Part shown: positions 10,072 to 20,179 of the stretch, in pieces
Position numbering within the stretch: the first letter of the stretch is position 1
Layout of the letters: each line of letters begins with the position of its first letter
Source: a virus
Direction: 5' to 3' (one strand)
Virus record (IMG/VR): IMGVR_UViG_3300008267_000054
Location: 32,001 to 96,000 of that record
Length of the DNA: 64,000 bases
Notes under the pieces: model-generated
What the model was told of the DNA's origin: nothing
What the model saw: only the letters and a program-made list of their open reading frames with translations
Database searches by the model: none
Made by a program: the position numbers and the translations under genes

Positions 10072-11730
10072 ATGAGCGGAGTATACAAATCACTACAACC
10101 AAAGGATATTAGGACAACTCCTTATAGAGCACATAAGTCCATAATCACAACCTTTACCGGAAATGAATCTGATGAGTGTAAAGTTTATGAATCAGAACAC
10201 TCGTTAAGCTCTTCCTATAACTTCTACCAGCAAGGACGCACAAACTTGGATTATGGTAATCCATACTTTACTGGGGAGTTTTCAACAACAACTGACGGCT
10301 ATTATAAGACAGCTGTTCACACACAACTAGATCATCTATTCTATCGTGAATATCTATCCAATAATAAAGCAACGTTGGGTGGAGGAGCACCAATACTATT
10401 TCAGTATAGAGATCTAGGATACAAAGCGTTAGTTATCAGCTTTGGTACAAAAAAAGTTGGAGAGGGTATACTACCAGATAGTCTACAAATAACCGCTAGT
10501 GGTTATACAATTAGTGATGATTTGTATGGCAATCTAGTTTTTGATGGATTGGCAAACTCCGATGCAGCAGATTATGACAATGTAATGTCTAGCTACACAT
10601 TCAACAGATATTATGAGTATGTTTCAGAAGGAGCAGTTCCATATCTAGAACAGCCAGTAGCTTATGGTAGTTATAAGTTGTTTGCATCTTTTAGTAACCT
10701 AGCATTCACAACACCAGGTAATAATGGAACTGTTGCAGCAAAGTTTGTATCATCACAACAATCTGCAATGATGTTGGGTGCAAATACTGAGCTAAAGGAT
10801 GTGTACAATATGTACAACAGAGATTATGCAATAGCTTTCCGTATAAAGGTAAATAGTGCACCATCAAGCGATGCAGTTATACTTGCAAAGCAGGATAGAA
10901 TGACTGATGTTGCAATTAACCTCAACGGTGATTTATTTACCGATACAAACGTACCATCACAATATCCATATAAGCTAGAATTAACTACAGGTAGAAAGGT
11001 AAAATTTAGTAAGAGTGATACACAAACAACAATAAGTATGGAATCTGCAGCACTAATTGTAGATAACACATATGATGTTGTTTTAATGAGAACTGGATCA
11101 CAGTTTAAACTGTACTTGGATGGTGGAGCACCTACAACATTAACAGATACCTTTGTACAGAACATAGGACAAAATACAGCATTTAATACTTCTGGATTAC
11201 CAACAAAAGAGCAAGATTGTGGTAATCGTTGTAATCTATATGTTGGAAACAGCTACAATAGAACAGAGGGTATAGATGCAGAAATAAGCTATTTACACAT
11301 ATTTGATAGAAGCTTAACTGAAGGGGAGGTAGATAATCTCAACGACAACGATGGTTGGTTGGGTAATTATTGTGGTAATGTGTTTTATAATTTAGGTTTA
11401 ATTGTTCTAACTCACCCGCAACTTACCGATGCATCCTTAACAGCTTTAAGATGTAAAGGTACAGTTAGTATGAGAGAAACAGAGGTATATTGTACAGTTG
11501 GACCAGGCGAATTTAATGTAACACATAATAGGAGTATACAATATTGGAACCCTGTCCACAATCAGTTTGAAATAGATTCAAGATATACTGGTTCCTTATT
11601 TCAACCATATGTAACATCAGTAGGACTATATAACGATAATAATGAGTTGATAGCAGTTGCAAAATTATCAACACCAATACAAACATCCAAAACAACTGAC
11701 ACAACTTTTGTTGTGAGGTACGATTTTTAA
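10072..11730 (+). CDS. Baseplate-associated protein with a LamG/concanavalin A-like domain
   Basis: LYVGN...IDAEISYLHIFDRSLTEGEV is LamG-like. C-terminal YVTSVGLYNDNNELIAVAKLSTPI is paralogous to 9018..9995. Confidence 0.6.
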   Translation: MSGVYKSLQPKDIRTTPYRAHKSIITTFTGNESDECKVYESEHSLSSSYNFYQQGRTNLDYGNPYFTGEFSTTTDGYYKTAVHTQLDHLFYREYLSNNKATLGGGAPILFQYRDLGYKALVISFGTKKVGEGILPDSLQITASGYTISDDLYGNLVFDGLANSDAADYDNVMSSYTFNRYYEYVSEGAVPYLEQPVAYGSYKLFASFSNLAFTTPGNNGTVAAKFVSSQQSAMMLGANTELKDVYNMYNRDYAIAFRIKVNSAPSSDAVILAKQDRMTDVAINLNGDLFTDTNVPSQYPYKLELTTGRKVKFSKSDTQTTISMESAALIVDNTYDVVLMRTGSQFKLYLDGGAPTTLTDTFVQNIGQNTAFNTSGLPTKEQDCGNRCNLYVGNSYNRTEGIDAEISYLHIFDRSLTEGEVDNLNDNDGWLGNYCGNVFYNLGLIVLTHPQLTDASLTALRCKGTVSMRETEVYCTVGPGEFNVTHNRSIQYWNPVHNQFEIDSRYTGSLFQPYVTSVGLYNDNNELIAVAKLSTPIQTSKTTDTTFVVRYDF

Positions 11731-11731
11731 C

Positions 11732-12133
11732 ATGGCTAAAAAGGTTACAAAAAGACAAGCTGCAAGAATAAAAGGTTATAGAAGCGGTCTTGAGGAAGAC
11801 ATTGATAATAGTTTAAAGGCAGTTGGCATTGATGGTCAATATGAGCAAAATAAGATAGCTTATACCAAACCAGCAACCCACCATAAGTACACACCAGATT
11901 TTAGATTACCAAATGGTATATTTGTTGAAACAAAGGGTAGATTTGTAACAGCTGATAGAAAAAAGCATCTACTGATAAAAGAACAGCATCCAGACTTGGA
12001 TATCAGATTTCTTTTTCAAAACGCTAATAATAGAATAAGTAAGAAGTCAAAAACTACATATGCTGATTGGTGTAATAAGTATGGTTTTCTGTATGCTGAA
12101 AAAGAAATACCAAAAGAGTGGCTATCACAATAA
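11732..12133 (+). CDS. T7 endonuclease I-like Holliday junction resolvase
   Basis: YRSGLE...YTPDF.LPNGIFVETKGRF...DRKKHLLIKEQHPDLDIRF..Q...SKTTYADWC closely matches the T7 gp3 family. Confidence 0.92.
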   Translation: MAKKVTKRQAARIKGYRSGLEEDIDNSLKAVGIDGQYEQNKIAYTKPATHHKYTPDFRLPNGIFVETKGRFVTADRKKHLLIKEQHPDLDIRFLFQNANNRISKKSKTTYADWCNKYGFLYAEKEIPKEWLSQ

Positions 12134-12153
12134 AAATTGTGTATAGTTTACTA

Positions 12154-13077
12154 ATGGCGCAAGAACTGCAATCACATAAAGTAATAACATTATTAAATGC
12201 TCATCTTGGAGAAGCATCTCTACATAGAAAGGGTGAGGTAAGTTATTATTGTCCATTATGTAACCATTATAAGAAAAAACTACAAGTAAACTTAGTAAGT
12301 CAGAGATGGCATTGTTGGGTTTGTGGTACGAAAGGTAACGGTCTATATAATCTGTTCAAGAAGACAGGAGCTTCACAAGATCTATTACAATCAGCAAAGG
12401 AAATATCAATTGGTAAGTCAAATCAAACTAATACAGATGAATCTGTTATTAAGCAATTACCAACCGAGTTTAGACCACTTCATATTAACTGGAATACCCC
12501 ACACTACAAAAATGCACTCCATTATATTGTAAATGTTAGAGGTTTAACACCACTAGATGTATTAAGATATAACATAGGTTATTGTGAAGAGGGTGATTAT
12601 AATGGTATGATTATAATTCCAAGTTATGACATTAATAATCAATTAAATTATTTTGTTGGTCGTAGTTACTACAGTGGTGCCTTTAAACATAAAAATCCAA
12701 CTTGGAGTAAGGATATTATAGGCTTCGAAAACCAAATAGATTTCAACCAACCAGTTGTGTTAGTAGAAGGTGCATTTGATGCAATATCAACAAAACGCAA
12801 TGCAATTCCGTTGTTTGGCAAAAAAATAATGCCTACTTTAAGACAAACTATTATTACAAAAAAAGTACCCAAATTGTACATATCACTTGATCAAGATGCA
12901 ATAGAGAGTGCATTAAGTGAGTTGGAATATTACATGAATTCTGGCATTGAAGTGTACTTTGTAAATTTAACCGGTAAAGATCCAAATGAGCTAGGTTTCA
13001 GTAGTATGGTGCAGTTAATTAAAAGCTGCAATCCATTTACTTTTTCGGATCTTATTAAACATAAATTAGCTATATGA
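12154..13077 (+). CDS. DNA primase (zinc-binding domain plus TOPRIM)
   Basis: CPLC...WHCWVC zinc finger; VEGAFDA and LDQDA TOPRIM motifs. ATG at 12154 is preferred over the overlapping start at 12118. Confidence 0.88.
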   Translation: MAQELQSHKVITLLNAHLGEASLHRKGEVSYYCPLCNHYKKKLQVNLVSQRWHCWVCGTKGNGLYNLFKKTGASQDLLQSAKEISIGKSNQTNTDESVIKQLPTEFRPLHINWNTPHYKNALHYIVNVRGLTPLDVLRYNIGYCEEGDYNGMIIIPSYDINNQLNYFVGRSYYSGAFKHKNPTWSKDIIGFENQIDFNQPVVLVEGAFDAISTKRNAIPLFGKKIMPTLRQTIITKKVPKLYISLDQDAIESALSELEYYMNSGIEVYFVNLTGKDPNELGFSSMVQLIKSCNPFTFSDLIKHKLAI

Positions 13078-16000
13078 AAAAAATTAATTGTGGATTAGAT
13101 AAAGTTGATTATATTGTTTTTGTTAGTGATATACACATCCGTAATTGGAAAAGACACAAGGAGTATCAAGAAGTTTTTGACAAACTAAACACACTTGTAA
13201 AAAATTCACCACCAAACACAGTAGTTGTTATTGGTGGTGATATTGTGCATGCCAAAACGGATATGAGTCCTGAGTTAATACAGATGGTCTCCTACTTTTT
13301 CACAGGATTGGCAGATCTTGTGCCTACGTTTGTAATTTGTGGTAATCACGATACAAACCTAAATAATAACAATAGGTTAGATGCATTAACACCAATAATT
13401 GATGCACTAAAACATCCAGGCCTCTACTATTTGAGAGACACAGGAAACTTTGAAGTTGGTGATATAGCCTTCACGGTAATGTCTGTATTGGATGCACCGG
13501 ATAAGTACCCAAGTGTAGATTCCATTAAGAAAAAAGTAAAGAGAAAATTTGCTTTGTACCATGGAACAGTTGAAGCTAGTACAACCGATACTGGTATTAA
13601 ACTACTACAAGGATTGAGTAAAGATTACTTCAAAGGATACGACGCAGCATTACTTGGTGACATTCACAAGAGACAGATACTTAGCACTGACCCATTAATA
13701 TTTTATCCTGGATCACTAATTCAGCAGAATTTTGGAGAAGCCTATGAAGGACATGGACCAGCTATATTGGATGTTAACACACTCGAATGCAAGTTTTTGG
13801 ATATACCAAACGATTATGGCTATTATACTTTAACTGTAGAAGATGGGGTATTACCAGACAATCTACCGATAACATCTAAAACTAGTGTTCGAGTTAAGAC
13901 AAAAAATACAACACCAGCACAATTAAAACGAGTCCTAGCAACAATAAGAAAAGACTACAAGAACAGTGATGTTGTTGTAATGAATATTGATGCAAAGGAT
14001 AACACAAAATCAACTGAAACTACATTTAGTGGTGGTGATGTGAGACGTGTGGAGTTTCAAAATGAAATGATAAAAGAGTTTCTCAGCAAGCAGAAAATTG
14101 ATGATGAAACACTAGATCAGATTTTCAATATAAACAAGCAATTAAATAGTCAATTACCACAAACTGAAACCGTTAGAAATGTTATATGGAAACCAAAGAA
14201 ATTTGAGTTTTCAAATATGTTCTCATATGGTGAAAACAATGTTGTGGATTTTACCAATATGAATGGTTTATGTGGTCTATTTGCACCAAACCATTCGGGA
14301 AAATCAGCAACACTTGATGCATTGTGTTTTTGTTTATTTGATCACTCGTTCCGTGCTAGTAAAGCAGACCAGGTATTAAATAATAAATCAGATTGGTTTA
14401 CGTGTAAATTTAATTTCGAGTTAGAAGGTGTTGATTATTTTATTGAGAAGAGGGCAACAAGATATGCAAAGGGTCCATTAGCGGGCAAGCTTAGGGTTGA
14501 TATTGACTTTTGGTATGTCAATGAGGATGGTGAAACTGTCTCATTAAACGGTGAACAGAGACGAGATACTGATAAAATTATTCAATCTTATGTTGGTACA
14601 TTCGACGATTTTATTTTAACAGCTCTATCTTTACAGGGTAACAACTCCAATTTTATTGAAAAGACTCAAAGTGAGAGAAAAGAGCTCCTTGCTAATTTTT
14701 TAGATCTCAATATATTTGATCAACTATATGAGCTGGCAAATAAGGAAACCAGAGCATCAGCAATTTTACTTGAAGAGTATCAAAAGAAGGATTTTGAAAC
14801 AGTTTTAGGTGATGCGGAAAATGCTAAAGAGAGTTGTGAAAAGGAATATAAGACAAAAGAGATTGAGCACAAATCAATTAAGAAGGAATTAGATAGCACA
14901 AACAATAATATACTGACACTAACTAAAAAACTTAGACCTAATAAAGCACAAGATCTTGATCTTAGTGCATTAGAGTCTGGAAAAGTGCTTTTGGAAAATG
15001 CTTTAAAAGAAGAGCAGTCAAGACTTGGTGAACTTGTTGTTACACAAACTAGTTTAGATACTGAAATACAAGCAGTCAAAAAAACACTCTCTGCATATAA
15101 TGAGGTTACGTTAACAAAAAACTACGATGCATACACTAATATGCAATCAAAGCAAAAGAAAGTAAATCTAGAGTTAGATCAGCTAAAAGTAACAATAAAA
15201 GCAAAACTAGACAAGCTCAACAACCTACAGAAACATGAATACGATCCAAATTGTAAGTATTGTGTAGATAATGTATTTGTAAAAGATGCTATAAAGACAA
15301 AACAAGAACTTGATCTAGATAAAACTACTGTTGCTACAAAGCTTGAAGAAAAAAAGGAAATAGAAGTTTATTTAAATGAACAAGTTGTTTATCAAATGGA
15401 TTATGAAAATTATACTTTTTGCAAAACACAATTAAAAGACTTAACGGGTAAATACAATATTACTACTTCAAAGATAGAGACTGCAACACACTCAATTGAG
15501 GGCATAAAACATAAGATAGAGTCTGTTGAAAACAATATTAATCTGTATCACGAGAACGAGCAAGACATTAGTCATAATAATTTAGTGAACAAACAAATAC
15601 AAGAAATCAACAGCTCACTAGAAGCTATTAAAACAAAAGAACAGCTTATAACAAAAGAAATGCAAGTACTGCATGGAAAAATAGCTGTTGCAGACAAGAC
15701 TATTGAGGAATGTGTAAAGAACATAGATCACATGCAAGAACTTGCAGACAAACAAATAGCATATGGTCTATACACACAAGCGATTAGTAGAGATGGTATA
15801 CAGTACAATTTAATATCAAAGGCAATACCACACATTGAACAGTATGTTAATAATTTATTAGCACAGATTACAGATTTTACATTAACGTTTGAAGCGGATG
15901 GAAAGTCTATCAACGTGTATATATGTTATGAAACTAATAAGTGGCCACTTGAATTATCATCTGGTATGGAAAAATTTATATCTAGTTTAGCAATTAGAGT

Positions 16001-16232
16001 TGCCTTAATAAAGATAACAAATCTACCAAAACCAAATTTTATAGCAATTGATGAAGGACTTGGTGTATTGGATAGCAGTAATCTTAATTCTATGCATATG
16101 CTATTCAATCATTTAAAAGATCTGTTTAAGTTCTCACTTGTAATATCCCATATTGATGTTGTTCGTGATATGGTTGATCACATACTAACAATTGATAAGA
16201 GAGGAGAGTTTAGCTACATAAATTATCAATAG
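13074..16232 (+). CDS. Fused SbcD/Mre11-like nuclease and SbcC/Rad50-like ATPase (T4 gp47-gp46 equivalent)
   Basis: SDIH, GGDIVH, GNHD, GDIH and YPGS phosphoesterase motifs; then Walker A APNHSGKS, coiled coil with CKYC hook, signature SSGME and Walker B IAIDEG. Confidence 0.9.
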   Translation: MKKINCGLDKVDYIVFVSDIHIRNWKRHKEYQEVFDKLNTLVKNSPPNTVVVIGGDIVHAKTDMSPELIQMVSYFFTGLADLVPTFVICGNHDTNLNNNNRLDALTPIIDALKHPGLYYLRDTGNFEVGDIAFTVMSVLDAPDKYPSVDSIKKKVKRKFALYHGTVEASTTDTGIKLLQGLSKDYFKGYDAALLGDIHKRQILSTDPLIFYPGSLIQQNFGEAYEGHGPAILDVNTLECKFLDIPNDYGYYTLTVEDGVLPDNLPITSKTSVRVKTKNTTPAQLKRVLATIRKDYKNSDVVVMNIDAKDNTKSTETTFSGGDVRRVEFQNEMIKEFLSKQKIDDETLDQIFNINKQLNSQLPQTETVRNVIWKPKKFEFSNMFSYGENNVVDFTNMNGLCGLFAPNHSGKSATLDALCFCLFDHSFRASKADQVLNNKSDWFTCKFNFELEGVDYFIEKRATRYAKGPLAGKLRVDIDFWYVNEDGETVSLNGEQRRDTDKIIQSYVGTFDDFILTALSLQGNNSNFIEKTQSERKELLANFLDLNIFDQLYELANKETRASAILLEEYQKKDFETVLGDAENAKESCEKEYKTKEIEHKSIKKELDSTNNNILTLTKKLRPNKAQDLDLSALESGKVLLENALKEEQSRLGELVVTQTSLDTEIQAVKKTLSAYNEVTLTKNYDAYTNMQSKQKKVNLELDQLKVTIKAKLDKLNNLQKHEYDPNCKYCVDNVFVKDAIKTKQELDLDKTTVATKLEEKKEIEVYLNEQVVYQMDYENYTFCKTQLKDLTGKYNITTSKIETATHSIEGIKHKIESVENNINLYHENEQDISHNNLVNKQIQEINSSLEAIKTKEQLITKEMQVLHGKIAVADKTIEECVKNIDHMQELADKQIAYGLYTQAISRDGIQYNLISKAIPHIEQYVNNLLAQITDFTLTFEADGKSINVYICYETNKWPLELSSGMEKFISSLAIRVALIKITNLPKPNFIAIDEGLGVLDSSNLNSMHMLFNHLKDLFKFSLVISHIDVVRDMVDHILTIDKRGEFSYINYQ

Positions 16233-16254
16233 ATATTTATGATAAACCGAGTTA

Positions 16255-19200
16255 ATGTTAGAAAACATCTATAAGACAAAACAAAAAAGAGGGTATATCA
16301 ATCGTGATTTTCTAGTTGTAGATAATAGTGCTAAGTCACCAAACTATTTCAACATTTTAGAAGTACCTCAAACCCTAACAGCTGGCAAGAATATTGTTAA
16401 GCTGGGTTGTGATGGTCTATACTTAAAGAGAAACTACGATATAGATATTGAGGTGTTAGATGTTAATGGTGATCCACTATACACAGAATTTACAGGCTTT
16501 GTTGACAGATATGGTTACAGCTACTTTATAGTTTACGTATATGATATTACACCAATAGGTGTTGGTAGTCTTAGTTTTGTTGGTGTAGCAAATAGAGATT
16601 TAAGTGGCAAACCGCTAACATATGGTGGATCTGAACACACTAATGAATACACTGTTCTATGGAGTACTGATATTTTAATAAAGTCAACAGATAGAAATCT
16701 GACGGACATCGTATTTCAAAAAGCACCAGAAGTACAGGTAACACAGGTACTAACACCATATAAATTTAATTTTGGTACATACGCACTCAACAGTAGACTA
16801 GCATCTCAGAGCTTAGATAATGTGTTAGTATACACATCAGAAAATTCCGGATTTGATTTTATACAAAACTACTCAGAAAACATACAAGACGCACTTGGTG
16901 TAGAGAATTCTTATAACTATTTTATTGATGCATCCACAGCAAATACTGTAAAAACTAATATTCGTAGGTATGACAACGATATACAAAACGGATTCGTATT
17001 TTCGGAGTATTCGAGGTATAATACAGTAATCTACGATGCACAAGGCAGATTGTCAAAGGATATGGAAGGATCCATTTTTAGTTTTGCCAATAATGATAAT
17101 GGAGTAAGTATACGAAATACGTGGAATTATAAACCAGCACTTACATCAACGTATGATCCAACACCATCAGGGTCATTTACTGATCAGATTGTTAGCTACA
17201 AAAGTAAAATTGTTTATGTTTTAAATAAGTATTACGCTTATCTAGATAAAGCTCCTAGCGTATCGGTGATTGATTATAGTGATCCAAGTGTACCAGTTAC
17301 TAGAGATTACACTTTCAAAATACTTGAAAACACTACTGGATCCTTTCTCTATCCAACATCTTCTTTACAAGAAGTACAATCAATTAATCTAAGTTCGTCA
17401 TATATACAATTTACATTTTTTGATCTACAACCAATTGCAGGAGACATATATCGCATAAAAACATTTGCAAAGGAAGCTGGACGTAATGCAGAATACTACC
17501 AACTAAACGACCATATTGTAAAAGCACCAGAGTTTTTAATCGATACTGATAAGACAAATCAGTCAGTCTATGCTAAAAACAAAAGTGATTTTTTTACATA
17601 TGGTGAGTTTACAACACAAAGTATTGTTGTGGATTATTGGAGGGGATTTGTTGTTGAGCAAAACGAACTATATCAATATAGTTTAAGTCCATCTAGCTCA
17701 GCAATATATACCAATACAGTGTTAGCAAATGCACTGACTTTAACAAGCACAACAACAGCTAAGCGCGGAATAGCAACAAGATATTATCAAACATATATAC
17801 CAGATCAACCTTATTCATTATCCTTTTATTGTAGTTTAGATCCTGGTTGTGAGTTGGAAGTCTATATGAGTAGTACACCATTAAAGGATACTGTATTAGG
17901 ATTACAAGCACCGAGAGCGTTTACACAAACAAGGGAAAGGGGTACAAATGAAAGTTATAATAAATTTGGAAAGTACTTAGGAAAGATATCAAACATTAAT
18001 GGCAATTCGATAAGACATTATGAAAATGTTGTTTTTGACTTCCTACCTGATGCAGATGGATTTGGTAGACCGGTATTGTTTTTAACAACCGATAGTGCAA
18101 CTAATAAAAATGCCTATATATCATCATTAAGCATAACACCACTAGAGCTAACCGGATTTACACCAAGTATATTACAGTTTGCTGCAGCAACACCTGACTC
18201 AATTAACATATTACAAGACGATGATGCATCCTTAACACAGTCACTTGACTTGAAGATAGAGTACTTCACAGCAGATGGTAGACAGTCTGAATACACGACT
18301 TTCATACCAAATGTACAAATTAATATGATAAACGAAGTACCTGGTTTCTGTTCTAGTGAGGCAAATAAGTTTAATGATCATTGTCCATTTTATTGGGAAG
18401 TTGTTTCTAGCTCACTACAAGTTGATGTTGGTCTTACTACTAAGGCAAACTCTGGCACAGCATCTCTTGATCCTACACAATACATAGACCACTACTTTTG
18501 GCCAACATTTAGTTTAAACTTTGCTGGTGGATATCATTGGAATATCAGAGGATTTGCTATATCAGGAACATCTTACAATTCACTTGTTTATACAAGGCCG
18601 GTATCATCTAGCATAACTTCTAGCTGGTTTAGATATGATCCATTTTTACCATTATATACACAGGCAATACCAGGTGGTGTACAAGCAGCTACAATGTACT
18701 CAGGTACAGTTGCTCCGGTAACTTATAGTGCAACTCCAATTGATGGTCTATACACATCAACTTTATCAACTGATAGAAAGTTTTATGATGGTAATGGAGC
18801 GGCCATTAGCAGATATGAACTAGCATATTCTCAAAGTCTCTTAATAAGTAGTAATAGTGTTGTTATACTAAATGATGCGCCTAAACTTGAGACATTACAA
18901 ACTTATTTAAGAAAATCAAGATTGTATTTTCCATCAACGAGTAGTAATTATCCATATGGATTCTATGAAAATGGTGGAATCTATAATGTTAGATTTAAAA
19001 TATCTAGCACACCACTCATTAGATATTCTAATTCACCTAAGGCTAATTACATTTACAGTAATGATGGATCAGCAATTACAGCAGCAACTGAGGTAGGCAA
19101 CTATTCAAAAACTGTTAACTCTGACAGTATATACACACCAGAAGATGGTGCAAAATTAATGGTATATATAGCTGATGTAGCAACACCTATTAGCAATCAG

Positions 19201-19653
19201 TTAGATTTTGTAAGAGGTAGAGCAGGATTGTTTCCACCAAAAAATAACATTGTAACAATTGGAAATGGGTATGGTATAACACCAACCATTAGATTCTTTG
19301 ATTCAGGATCCGGTTATAATGTTGACCAGTATGATCTAGTATTAGTACAATATGGAGAAAAAGCGCAGTTAGTATTTGATGCATCTGGATTAGAGTTTGA
19401 ACCCAACACAGATCCAACATATTTACCAAATTCATACATGATATACAACAACACTGACCAAGCTTTTTGGGGTGGTATAATAAGTGATATTGAGTGGTGT
19501 AAAATTGGTGTTACAACTGATCCAAGATTTATAAAACCAGTTAATTTTGATGATGCGTTTAATACATTTACACCAACAAACCCACCACCATTCCCAGCAC
19601 CACCAAGCAATCCATTTGAGGCTGAAGATGTTGGAGATGTAGTATTTGATTAA
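16255..19653 (+). CDS. Large putative virion structural protein
   Basis: 1132 aa, beta-strand-like S/T/Y/N-rich composition, Pro-rich tail, TATTTAT motif upstream. Confidence 0.5.
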   Translation: MLENIYKTKQKRGYINRDFLVVDNSAKSPNYFNILEVPQTLTAGKNIVKLGCDGLYLKRNYDIDIEVLDVNGDPLYTEFTGFVDRYGYSYFIVYVYDITPIGVGSLSFVGVANRDLSGKPLTYGGSEHTNEYTVLWSTDILIKSTDRNLTDIVFQKAPEVQVTQVLTPYKFNFGTYALNSRLASQSLDNVLVYTSENSGFDFIQNYSENIQDALGVENSYNYFIDASTANTVKTNIRRYDNDIQNGFVFSEYSRYNTVIYDAQGRLSKDMEGSIFSFANNDNGVSIRNTWNYKPALTSTYDPTPSGSFTDQIVSYKSKIVYVLNKYYAYLDKAPSVSVIDYSDPSVPVTRDYTFKILENTTGSFLYPTSSLQEVQSINLSSSYIQFTFFDLQPIAGDIYRIKTFAKEAGRNAEYYQLNDHIVKAPEFLIDTDKTNQSVYAKNKSDFFTYGEFTTQSIVVDYWRGFVVEQNELYQYSLSPSSSAIYTNTVLANALTLTSTTTAKRGIATRYYQTYIPDQPYSLSFYCSLDPGCELEVYMSSTPLKDTVLGLQAPRAFTQTRERGTNESYNKFGKYLGKISNINGNSIRHYENVVFDFLPDADGFGRPVLFLTTDSATNKNAYISSLSITPLELTGFTPSILQFAAATPDSINILQDDDASLTQSLDLKIEYFTADGRQSEYTTFIPNVQINMINEVPGFCSSEANKFNDHCPFYWEVVSSSLQVDVGLTTKANSGTASLDPTQYIDHYFWPTFSLNFAGGYHWNIRGFAISGTSYNSLVYTRPVSSSITSSWFRYDPFLPLYTQAIPGGVQAATMYSGTVAPVTYSATPIDGLYTSTLSTDRKFYDGNGAAISRYELAYSQSLLISSNSVVILNDAPKLETLQTYLRKSRLYFPSTSSNYPYGFYENGGIYNVRFKISSTPLIRYSNSPKANYIYSNDGSAITAATEVGNYSKTVNSDSIYTPEDGAKLMVYIADVATPISNQLDFVRGRAGLFPPKNNIVTIGNGYGITPTIRFFDSGSGYNVDQYDLVLVQYGEKAQLVFDASGLEFEPNTDPTYLPNSYMIYNNTDQAFWGGIISDIEWCKIGVTTDPRFIKPVNFDDAFNTFTPTNPPPFPAPPSNPFEAEDVGDVVFD

Positions 19654-19654
19654 C

Positions 19655-20179
19655 ATGATATCGAGAAGTATTAAAAAATCTAAAGTGTGTTTTCCACCTA
19701 TTGAGGGAATAGGTGGCCCATCTATACTTGGTAGAATTAAGTTAAAAAATATATACCAATCATGGCAAGGTGAAAACTTTGTTGAGATAACACAAAAACA
19801 TAGTGATAATCCATTTAATCTAAGAACTGGGTTACCACAAACAGATAGACAAATGAAAGAGGATCGCATATTCCTCTTTACAAAATATCTATCCTACAAT
19901 CCTCTTACAAAGCAAATTGAGAAAAGAGAACTCATACCACTAAGAAACACAGAGAAAGTTTACATAGGACAGTCCCCAGAAGAACATCAGTTCGATGATT
20001 ATAAGCTGTTTGTCAATGGAAAAGTTGTTTTAGAGGATATTTTGTTTAAACAACCAAATACTGATATGGGATCTCTTATTGAGATTATTAAAAAATTACA
20101 AGATAGAATACAAATATTAGAGCAACAAGTACAAAAACTAACTGGTAATAACGAAAAAGTAGCTATTTATAAGCAATGA
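19655..20179 (+). CDS. Hypothetical protein with a C-terminal coiled coil
   Basis: ATG at 19655. KVYIG...YKLFVNG followed by LIEIIKKLQDRIQILEQQV, reminiscent of fibre or chaperone C-termini. Confidence 0.5.
   Translation: MISRSIKKSKVCFPPIEGIGGPSILGRIKLKNIYQSWQGENFVEITQKHSDNPFNLRTGLPQTDRQMKEDRIFLFTKYLSYNPLTKQIEKRELIPLRNTEKVYIGQSPEEHQFDDYKLFVNGKVVLEDILFKQPNTDMGSLIEIIKKLQDRIQILEQQVQKLTGNNEKVAIYKQ

Noticed and set aside
11732-12133. Endonuclease as a mobile homing endonuclease
   Set aside because: It matches the T7 endonuclease I resolvase pattern, has no HNH, GIY-YIG or LAGLIDADG motif, and sits with recombination genes.
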